From the NCBI RefSeq assembly GCF_902713615.1, contig NC_052149.1:231162986-231226985 (forward strand): a DNA stretch of 64,000 nucleotides, written 5' to 3'. This DNA comes from Scyliorhinus canicula (Eukaryota). A program made the position numbers and the translations under genes. Below, piece by piece: positions 12,331 through 22,477 of this stretch (the first letter of the stretch is position 1; the number at the start of each line of letters is the position of its first letter). The notes under the pieces are model-generated. The model was given only the letters and a program-made list of their open reading frames with translations. It had not been told where the DNA came from and ran no database searches.

Positions 12331-13587
12331 TCTCCTGATCTCCTTCTGCACCCTGGAGTTCCGGTGAGCAGAACCCCTCAGTGCAGGGAATGGGATGAAG
12401 TCAGTGGGACATTCCCCGCTGAGGCCCCAGATTGCAATAGTGTCCCGTTCGATGGCATGGTCCTTCTCAGGAAACACCCGGCTCAACACACTCGACACGG
12501 GACTCTGTTGCAATTCGGTTAGATCGCGCCCAGGATATATTGGCCTTGGGAGGAATGCAGTGTAGATTCAACAAAATGTCACTGGGCCTCCGGTGTCACC
12601 CTGCCCCAGAGGGCAGTGGAGGTTCAGTCGTTTAGTCTGCTCAAGACTAAAATTCATGGATTTGTGCCCATTAAAAACATCAAGGATCAAAGGATGGAGG
12701 GATAGGGCAAGAAAATGGTGTCAAAATAGATCATGTCAGCCATGATCTCGTGGGACCTTGCTGACCTTGACCATTCATGTGAGATCATTGAAGTGGGCTC
12801 AAATGGCTGAATGGCCTCTTCCTGTTCTTATTTCTTGTGAAGGGTTAGTTTATGAGGAGGGATTATATAAACTGAAATGTCCTGGGATATAGAAGATTAA
12901 GGAGTAAATTGCTTTAGGATTTTGAAAGGAATTGATCTCCTTTAATATAGGGCAAGCCATCACCTGGTTACAGAGCCGCTAAAAGTTCAATGATCTCACA
13001 TGAATGGTCAAGGTCAGCGAGTGCATCTTTAAATACCATAACCTGCCCAATTATACCCCACCAATCTCTAACATTGTTTAATGCACCACACCCTCATCAC
13101 TCACCCATCAGTGATCCTTTTCAATAGGTTCTCATGACTAGCTCTCAGCAAGCCTCGCACCCACATCTCGCAGCGTAAACATATTTCTAGCTATTCAGCC
13201 ATGGCAGGCACATCGCCCGGGCACATTGCAATACTCAATACTTTTCAATATGTTGAATGGCGGAGCAGGCTCGAAGGGCCAAATGGCCTGCTCCTGCTCC
13301 TATTATCTATGTTTCCAAGTTTCTATGACACATTTCCCTCTCACTCGCAGGACAAGTTGTCCCACCACGGGATGAAGCAGCAGAAATTGCCTGAGACAGG
13401 CACCCCTGCACTTTCTGCATCCTTCAGAGTGGACAATGGTGCAGATTATCAGTGTGGCAGTGACTGAGGCCATTGAAACCGGTCCAGCCGAGAACCTCCA
13501 TGATAGCCGTCTGTTCCTGCTGAATGGACCTCCTCGATCCCACTTCACCCGCATCCTGCAATATGACGCGAAGAATAAGTTTCAGAT

Positions 13588-14236
13588 TGTTGCTCGTTGT
13601 GCTCTCTCCTTAATTGGCTCTGTTTATGGCGGTTAATATGGTCGCCGTCCTTAATTCTAAATATGTTTGCTCAAGCGTCGACAGGTATCTTTCGATACCG
13701 CCACAAGGTTCAAAACCAAATACTGATCAAAGACTCGATACACCAGTTAGTAAGTTCAAAATCAATACTCATTTATTTACACAGTCAATTATACTCATGC
13801 ACAAACTCTACTAACTAAACTATCACTACTACTAAAAGCCTATACTTAGCTTCGGGCGCCCACTCAGTCAGAGGAACAATGGCCGTTGTCCGGTTCTGAG
13901 GCTGCTGGAGTTGAGCTGGTACGGAATAGTAGCTAGCAGCGTCTGTCTCGTAGCGTGTGTTGACTTTGGACTTACATGTCTGGTGGAGCTGCGAGGCAGG
14001 TCTCTCCTCGCTGAGAGCCAAGGCCAAGAGAGTGATTCTCTCTTGGGGGCTTCTTTTTATACCCCAAAGGGGGCTTCGCGCTCTTTTGGGCGGGCCTTGA
14101 ACTTGGCCCCAATTAATTGGACCATATCCTAATCATCGGTATTGATTTTCTCCAATAAAGGGGTGTCCAATTTTCCCTTCATTCTCTGCAAATGTCAAGT
14201 TTGTAATCGGGACCGTGGCCACCCCAGGTGGCTACA
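13588..14236 (-). repeat. 3' LTR with internal deletion
   Basis: Begins TGTAGCCACC. TATA-like GGGTATAAAAAG near 14052-14064 and AATAAA at 13772-13777. Homologous by eye to the solo LTR at 561-1829. Preceded by purine tract AAGGAGTGAG (PPT, 14237-14246). Confidence 0.85.
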
Positions 14237-14678
14237 CTCACTCCTTGTGATCCTCAACGCGAAGCGTGAAGGATCACATTACCGCGTCGTCTTCGTTCTC
14301 TGACCAAGCGGGGCACCTATGACTAGGCTCTATACTGTCCTATACTATGCAACACAATTTTACCTAAATCATTTTAAATACATACATCATCAAAAAATAC
14401 TCTACGAGACGCTATGGCATTAAGGCATGCATTGCAAAAGTGTTTTTAAACTGGAACCTCTAACTATTCTCAATAAACTATTCTCATTTAAACAATCCAA
14501 AAATATTTCAACATCTTAAACTGTACAAAATAGCAGCAAACAAATTTCCCTGGCTTGGCAGTCAAGCACAGAGATCGCACTTCTTTATTGAGACAAACAA
14601 AACACACACAAAAAAATGGATGCTCTTTAATCCATGTCAAGGGGTTCGGGGGTCTGGTGAAATCCGAACATAGGGGCC

Positions 14679-14984
14679 CTAAATCTGTATACCCAGGGTG
14701 CGAGAGCGGTAGGCTCTCCTTCGCCATTTTCTCATCCTAATGGTCTGCAGGACACTGCAAAGTATCGCCAGTGCTAAGTGTGCTTCTACAACATATGAAA
14801 GTGAATACCAAGTGATAAACTTATCACACCAGGTCGGGGTACTGTTAACTGTTGCTGGGCTCTGTGTACTGCAGGGGAGGGAATCATTGATGGACTGTGG
14901 GGTAGGGGTGAGTGGGTTAGCGTCTGCACGCAACTGAAGGGATCCCGCTAAGATCCATGTGACAAAAATGGAGGTCGTCTTCAT
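14679..14984 (-). CDS. Proviral accessory ORF: 101-aa predicted single-pass membrane protein
   Basis: Open frame MKTTSIFVTWILAGSLQLRA (signal-like), S/T/P-rich segment with 2 Cys and NDS/NST sequons, hydrophobic WYSLSYVVEAHLALAILCSVLQTI, polybasic RMRKWRRRAYRSR. Lies between integrase and the PPT. Confidence 0.65.
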   Translation of the reverse strand: MKTTSIFVTWILAGSLQLRADANPLTPTPQSINDSLPCSTQSPATVNSTPTWCDKFITWYSLSYVVEAHLALAILCSVLQTIRMRKWRRRAYRSRTLGIQI

Positions 14985-15828
14985 CTTTCTTCTCTTCTTC
15001 TTCTCTTCTCTTCTTGTAGTTCTTGAGTTTCCGGAGTCCTGTGAACACAAGCATAATACCTGTTATTATCTTGCTTAAGATCTCGTGTGTTTGTCTGTTG
15101 TCCTTTATGGCCAATTACCCTTTATAATTGGTCACCATCTGTGACTCCCTCATTTTTCTTTTAAACCGAATTGCTGGACAAGATATCTGAGAAAATACTG
15201 ACACAGTGCGAGCCGTCTCGCAGCCTGTGCGATTTACCATCCCAATGTTTGAGGATGTAAATAGTATGTGGAAGGGCAACCTAAGGGTCGCCGTGAAACA
15301 AACAAAAAAAAATTTTGAACTAAAAGAGCCAAATTGAGGTGCGTATGGGCCGCGGCGGGTAAGAAATGGATGGAATCCCCGGGTAGGACGGTGATCAGTG
15401 CCGCGTGTGCTCTACCCGAGCATAGCTGACCGGGGGGGTCCTCAGGCAGGGCGGGGATTAGTGCCGTTTCTCCACTGCCTGAGCAACCGGCAAGAACGGG
15501 TACGAATGTGGTCGTCGCGGGGGTTGCAATAATGCCTCTTCTCCCTCGAATCAGAAGAGCAGTTATGAAATGGTGTCTGGGCAAACTTTCAACTTCTCAG
15601 AGGTTTCTGCTGATAAACTAGTCGGTTGTCTGTGGACAAACTTGTTCCATTAACTGCCTGGGGGCATTAAAGGAGTGGTGGCCTGGGGCCATGAAAATGT
15701 GCAAATTCTGAACGATCAACACTTAACAGTTACACAAACAAACAAACATGCAACAAACTTGGTGTAGGTTCCATCAGAAAGGACACCGTATCTCTCTATC
15801 GGTTACTTTTTACCATCATCTGGACACC

Positions 15829-18800
15829 TCAGTTTTCGGTCGGGAACAGAGTCGCAAAGGGATTCGTTTGGTGGGAGTTAGACTCAATGTCATCATCTTC
15901 TCCTGGCTGCCATACTCTAGACTGGAGTAACTTTGCCAAAGCTGCGTGGTGCGAATTGGGGTCCATCTCATCATTCCAAATGAGCCTGAACGAATTGTCT
16001 CGGTGCCAGAATCGTGTGTCAAGTTTGGAACGGCTGGGGTTCAATCCGTAATCGTCGGGTGGTGGGTCTGGGTCAGGGGCTTTCATGTATGCGATCTCAA
16101 AGGGATCACTAGAATCGTTGGGAGTGGGGCCTGGTGCAGGGGGATAGTCATAACATGGCGTGCTGTGGCTGTCGTCAGTCCTGTCGCAGTCACTGTCGAT
16201 GTCGCTGCTGGTTGGGGGCGGGGAGAGGCGGAGTCGTGTGTCTGGGGGCGGAGTTGAAGTCGAGTCTGAGGACGGGCTGGACTGGCTGGGGGAGGATAGG
16301 AATGTGTCATCTGTGGGTGGGGCGTGCTTGTCTGCTGCTGCGAGCAGGATGTGGTGTGTGTGGTTATTCTGCGAGCCATAAGCCTTGAGCTAGTTTATGT
16401 GAAACCACGCAGACTTTCCATTGGGATATGTGATCTTGTGTACCGAGGGGCTTACTTTGTCCGAAATGGAGTGCGGTCCTGGGAATTTTGGGGAAAGGAA
16501 TGAACTGGGGTTGTATAGAGAAAGCATCACTTGCTGCCCTACTGCAAACTCAGTGGCGTGCACTCTCTTACCGAAACAAGCCTTGCTCTGTTTCTTCTGT
16601 GTTCCCAGTCTGACAGATGCTGCGAGTTGGGTGCCTTACTGTTCTCTATTAGCTGCTGTACAGCGTTTTCATGTGTGAGGGCTGTGACTGTGGGGCTGGC
16701 CAAATCCAATCCTAATAAATACTCTGTCCCTTTCATGGGGCGTCTGGTCATGGGAGTGTGGGGGGTGTATCCTGTGGACATGGATACCGTGTTCCTTAAA
16801 AACATTAACGCAAATGGGAGAACTGAATCCCAGGTGCTGTTATTCTGCTGCACCATTTTCCTGAGGGTGGCTTTCAATGTCCTGTTCATTCGTTCGACGA
16901 TACCACTTGACTGGGGGTGGTACGCGATATGGAATTTTTGTGTTATGCCGAAAATTGTGAGGACATTTTTCATAACTCGTCCTGTAAAATGGGAGCCTTG
17001 ATCGGACTCTATATTGCGGGGAGTCCCCACCTTGTAAAGATGTAGAGGGTTAGGATTTTTGCGGTTGTCTTTGCTGTATTTGTTCGCGATGGAAAAGCTT
17101 CCACCCATTTTGTGAAGGTGTCGATGCCCACCAACGCATACTTATATCCATTTCTGCAAGGGGGTAGGGGTCCTATGAAATCTATCTGGAGATTATTCCA
17201 TGGGCCATTAACGGGGCGGTAATGACTAAGTTGAGCCTTTTTTGCATATCTGTTCGGATTGTTCTGGGTACAGATCCAGCAATTCTCTATGTAGTGGGTG
17301 ACATCGGCTTTTAAATTAGGCCAGCAGCAGAGCGGTCTGAGGTGGGCTAAAGTTGGCTCAATTCCTTGGTGTCCATTATTGTCATGGAACTGACAAATGA
17401 TCTGGTTCCTGTCCTGCCTTGGAACTATGTAAATGCCGTATTTCAGGATCACACCGTCGTGTGTGGTTATAGAATTCTTAAACTTGTCATAAGGGGCTGG
17501 GAAGGTTCCCTTTAAAACTGCCCTGAGTTTCTCATCCTGTTTCTGTGCCTGTGCTAAACCCTGGATGTTGGTTTGTGAGACCTGAACTGTGTGTACAGGG
17601 GTGCTTTCGGGGGGGAGGGGTCCAAAAATAACCATGCCTAGGGCGTCTGCTTTAACATTACCTGGGGGGGGGGGGGGGGGGGGGGGGGAACGGTGATGAC
17701 TGCGAACTTTAATAATTCCGGATCTTTGTCTGCTCTAAAATTTGGCGGAGTAATGGGACTGATGGTAGGGGTTTTCCGTCTGCGGAAACAAATCCTCTTG
17801 ATTCCCACAGGGGTAGGAATTCCGTCAGACTTACGCAGACATACAAGTTGTCTGAATAGATGTCTCTGGGGTCGGGAACGAGTCGGGGTGGTCTACTATA
17901 TAAGCTATCGCTGCCAGTTCTGCTGCCTGCAAGCCTCAGTGTCCTGGCAACTTTAGGGAAATCTCTTCTCGGGTGCGTCCCTGCGCGTCCTCTACATAAA
18001 TTCCGCAACCTGTTATTCTTTCTCCATCCAAAACCGTGGAGGAGCCATCTACATAAATCTTCAGGGGTGCGCATGGGTCTGTGGGCTGGGGTCTCTGAGG
18101 TGTACTACCTATTTTCTTGGGAGGTGTCTTCGGAATAAATGGGTCTATGTTGTGTTTTATGACGACGATCTCACATTCATGAGGGGTGCCTGGATACTGT
18201 AAATTATCGGCAAGGAAAGTGTGGGTCTTTGTTTTTTTAACTGTGATGTCCCGTCCCTGAAAAGAAGGGTCCAACAGGCTGCTCAGATTTGGCTGACTGT
18301 GCCATCTTTAAGTCATCCGTCTAACAATAACTGTGTTGGGGTGTGTTCTGTGAGGATGGTGATGGGGTTGAGTCCTGTTATGTATGCAAAGTACTGTACT
18401 GCCCAAAAAACTGCGAGCAGGTGCCTTTCACAGGCAGAAAATCCTTGCTCGACAGGGTCTAACACCCGTGAGGCAGTATGCCACGGGTCGTAACTGGTCA
18501 TGGCGTTCCTGAAGAGCACGGCCGAAAGGGTTTTGTCAGTGCTTGCTACATCGATAGCGAACGGGGATAGGGGGTCTGGGGCCTGTAGTGCGGGGGCTGT
18601 GCTGAGTGCTCTTCTTAAAGCATCCACGGCATCCGTATGCTGTGGAAGCCATTCCCAAGGTGCCTGCTTCTTGTGAAGTTCAGATAGGAGCGCTGCTTTC
18701 ATGGCGAAACTGTCAATGTGGTTTCGGCAGCAGCCAACCAGTCCTAAAAATGGCCGGAGGGCTGAGACATTGTGGGGAAGGGGCAATTTGACAATCGAGT

Positions 18801-20021
18801 CCATTCTCTTTTGCTCGATCTCGTGTTCACCCTGTGTGATAACTGTACCCAAGTATATCACTTTTTCTTCCAAAATCTGGGCCTTTTTGGGATTTACCTT
18901 ACAACCAATTTCTTTCAGGAGTCCCAGGAGTTCTGCGAGAAGCGAAATGTGCTCTGCTTTTGTGTCTGTCTGTAGTAGCAGGTCGTCTACATACTGGACC
19001 AGACACTCAGGGCGAGAAAATTTAGCTAATCCATTTGCCAGCTGTTGGTGAAAAATGGAGGGGGAGTTGTGGAAGCTTTGTGGAAGGCACGTCCTTTAAA
19101 AGTGAAGTCGAATTTATACTGGCACGCTTTAGCCAATGCAATGGACCAAAAGCCATTGCTAATGTCCAAAACTAAAAATAATTTTGACTGGAGTCCCTGT
19201 TTGAGCATGGTCTCGTGACTCGTGGCTACGGTGGGGGCTGATGCTGTGGTTACTTTGTTCAGTTCCCAGTAATCAATGTTCAGTCGCCATGATCCATCTG
19301 GTTTCCTGACGGGCCAAATTGGTGCATTGTTTGTGGAGGCTATTGATCTCAGTACGCCTTCGTCCAGTAAACTATCTATTACTTTCGAGATTTCTCCCTC
19401 TGCTTCCTGGGGAAATCCGTACTGCTTCTGGGGTCTGGGGTCAGGACCTGTGATATGCACAGAGGCAGCCATTCTGCCACAGTCATGCTGTGCAAATGCT
19501 GCTTTGTGTTCTTGCAGGACTGCCCTACCCTGTCTGTCTGAACTAATGGCTCGAGGGTCGAACCAGAACTCTCCGACTGAGCTGATTCTATTCTCGTACT
19601 CTCCAACTGTGAGCGTGGTGGGGGCTCGTGCTGCCTTTGCCATTCTCCAAACACACTTGGTAACTGGATCAAAGGGAAGGTTGTGGGAGCTCATGAAATC
19701 GATCCCTAAGATATGTTCTGCTATGTGGGGCAGATCAACTAAAACTATGAGGTGCTTGGTGGTAATGTTGCCTATCTGTATCGCTATGGGGGCTGTGATG
19801 TGTGCCTGTCGTAAGTGACTTGTAAAGGCGCTGAGTGTAACGGTGTCTGTTGTGGGCCACGTGTCTCTCTGAAACATCGTGGAGTAGTTGAGTGTGGTGC
19901 GGGACCCTCCTGTGTCCCAAAGAAATTCTACGGGCTGGCCCCGGACTTTGCCTGCTACGACCGGTCGACCGGACTTATCCCAAAGGGTATCGCAGACCCA
20001 AGTTGGGGAGCCCGAACACCA
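15829..20021 (-). pseudogene. pol: pro-pol with frameshifts: protease, RT, tether, RNase H, integrase
   Basis: Protease FLWDTGGS (DTG 19908-19916) and ILGIDF; RT NAPIWPVRKPDGSWRL and YVDD (18982-18993); degenerate RNase H-like tether; RNase H KIYVDGSS/QAAELAAI/IYSD; integrase H-H-C-C, LQIDFIGPLP, ESDQG, GIVERMNRTLK. Confidence 0.93.
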
Positions 20022-20041
20022 TCAGTCGGTGCCATTCATGT

Positions 20042-20189
20042 CTCCATGGTCTGAACGGGCGATAACGCTATGAATAGGTTCCATGGTCTGAACGGGCGAT
20101 AATGCTATGAATAGGTTCCATGGTCTGAACGGGCGATAATGCTATGAATAGGTTCCATGGTCTGAACGGGCGATAACGCTATGAATAGG
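20042..20189. repeat. 37-bp tandem repeat x4 at the end of gag
   Basis: Unit ttccatggtctgaacgggcgataatgctatgaatagg; ccatgg recurs at 20044, 20081, 20118 and 20155. Confidence 0.95.
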
Positions 20190-20546
20190 CTTTGCCCTAT
20201 TCCTATTTAGGGTGCCAATCTTTTGGACTCTTTGCTGCCTCTGTGGCGCGTTGCACTCTCGTGCAAAGTGTCCTAACTGTCCACAGTTGAAACACTCCTG
20301 TGATTTGGGCTGGGGTGGGCTGTTCCTGCCCTCATTTACCCATGCGGGGTTCTGGTGCGCTTTTACTGGATGCATGTCTGCATCTGCCTGCTCTTCCTCG
20401 GGTTTGATAAATGCGGTTTTGTTATGTACGGATTGCTCCCTAGCGTGGGATAACCTTTTCAAAACCCACTTTTCATTGTGGGCCTGGTCTGAGGGGTCGT
20501 AATTTGCGCCAGCTCTCTGTCCTGCCTCTGTTGCATGAGAGACCAG

Positions 20547-21284
20547 GGGCGGCATTCTCCCCTACCCGGCGGGGTGGGGGGTCCCAGCGTAGCGGAGTGG
20601 CGCCGACCATTCAGGCGTCGGGCCTCCCCAAAGGTGCGGAATTCTCCGCACCTTTAGGGGCCAAGCCCTCACATTGAGGGGCTAGGCCCGCGCCGGAGCG
20701 GTTGGCACCACGCCGACTGGCGCCAAAACCGGCACCAGCGGCCTTTCAGGTCCGCCGCCCGACGCCGGGGCTGGCCGAAAGGCCTTCGCCGGTTCGCGCA
20801 TGCGCCGGTGGTGACGTCGGTGGCAGCTGCCGCTGACGTCACCACTGGCGCATGCGTGCTGGGGGATTCTCTTCTGCCTCCGCCATGGTGGAGGCCGTGG
20901 CGGCGGCGGAAGAGAAAGAGTGCCCTCACGGTACTGGCCCGCTCACCAATCGGTGGGCCCCAATCGCGGGTCTGGCCACCGTGGGGGCACCCCCCGGGGT
21001 CCGATCGCCCCGCGCCACCCAGGACCCCGGGGGCCCGCTCGCGCTGCCAATCCCGCCGCCACCAGAGGTGGTTCAAACCTCGGCGGCGGGAGAGGCCTCT
21101 CAGTGGCAGGACTTCGGCCCATCGTGGGACGGAGAATCACCGCAGGGGCCTCGCCGCTCGGTGTGGCGCGTTTCCCACCACCGCCAATTCCCGAGTGGCA
21201 GAGAATTTCTGCCACGGAGGGGGCGGGATTTTCGGCGGTCCCAGGCGATTCTCCGACCCTGCTGGGGGTCGGAGAATTTCGCCC
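20547..21284. mobile_element. PIF/Harbinger-type MITE inserted in gag
   Basis: TIRs GGGCGGCATTCTCC / GGAGAATTTCGCCC and 3-bp TSD CAG (CWG) at 20544-20546 and 21285-21287. Similar copy at ~61125-61730. Confidence 0.8.
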
Positions 21285-22250
21285 CAGGACTCGAGTCCAT
21301 TTGGCCATGTTATCTGCAGACAAATGGAAGTGGGCTAATTCTCCAAAAACTGCTGTGAAGTGTATCCACAAGCATCCAGCAAACGCTGTGGGGTGCTCTG
21401 TTTTCTTTTGCCTACATTTGTTTAGGTCTTCTACCGGGTCTCCTCTGTTGTAGCCAATCGCATCAAGGATCGCTGTGTGCATCTCTTGGAGTGTGCCTCC
21501 TCCTACATTCTGTGGCTAGGGAAGGGCTGCCATGACTGAAGGGTCGAGACTTCAAACTGTGAGCTTTATCTGCTCTCTCTCGTCCAGGCCATACATGGTG
21601 GCCTGCTGTTTTACTTTAGCAAAAAACTAGTGGGGGTCTGATGTGGGAAGGAACGGTGTAATTTTTCCACACGCATCCCGTAATTGGGTCACGGTTAAGG
21701 GGGTTGTATAGTGGAAATCTGTGTCTCCTTCTGCTGCGGCTCTGCGGTATGTGGTTACCGGGTTCATGGGGGTGTGTTCTATCTGTTCAGTTGGGGGTTG
21801 GGGTGCTCTCCTTTTCTGGGGCTTCTCCTGCGTACATGCTCCATGTACATATCTATGGGCTGTTTTGTTCAATTCCTGCCAATCGGGGCCATTCTCCTGA
21901 TCTAGTTGGGGTCCGAATGTGGTCTGAAATCCATTTTGAACTGAAAGTAGGGATTGCAATTATGCAAGTTGCTTCCGGCACTTTGCGTGGTCTACGGAGC
22001 TCTGCCTTTGTTCCGTTGTGGAAGTATGGAGTGCTGGTAGGGCTGCTTTCAAGTCATTGCACTGTTTCTGCAATGTTTCTACCTGCCGCTCGGTTTCCTA
22101 TCTTACCAAGACCACACGTTGATAAGGTAGGCCTTATCGGACTGCGTCTGGAAGCTACTTAAGTGTGGGAGACAAGACTGGTGTGCCCTCTTGGCATCAT
22201 CCACCTCTCTGTCCTTTGCTGCTGGCTTCTCTCTCAAATCCACCAGCACT

Positions 22251-22477
22251 GGGGTGTCTGCTTTGGTATCGTTTGCTTAAGTGTTTCTCTTTTGTCCCCG
22301 GAGATAGCTCATTAGTATGCTAATGGCTTTGCAGTATCGGTCTTGTCTGGGAGCTGCAAACTTCAATCCACAGACAAACCTTGCACCTGCTTGCTTTCTC
22401 AGCATTGTCCAATTTTCCCTTCATTCTCTGCAAGTGTCCATTTTGTAATCGGGATGTGGCCACCCCAAGTGGCTACA
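22251..22477 (-). repeat. Truncated 5' LTR (U3 start only; R/U5, PBS and leader deleted)
   Basis: Shares its first ~73 bp with the 3' LTR and resembles the solo LTR over ~1600-1829, then runs directly into gag-like sequence. Confidence 0.8.

Larger units (their letters stand above)
20022..22250 (-). pseudogene. gag: gag remnant with CCHC zinc knuckle, interrupted by a MITE and a 37-bp tandem repeat
   Basis: CFNCGQLGHFAREC in ORF 20142..20555. The frame ...KWTRVL|VSHATEAG... rejoins across the MITE. Ends in TGA at 20022-20024. Confidence 0.85.
13588..22477 (-). mobile_element. Decayed retrovirus-like LTR provirus without env
   Basis: Termini TGTAGCCAC...GAGCAACA on the minus strand; 4-bp TSD AGAT (13584-13587 and 22478-22481). 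Shared ~73-bp LTR start at 14164-14236 and 22407-22477. gag-pro-pol remnants inside. Confidence 0.93.

Noticed and set aside
17664-17688. 25-nt G run inside the RNase H (other long G/C runs at ~8490, 8920, 34610)
   Set aside because: Most simply slippage or sequencing error in homopolymers; no functional claim is supportable.
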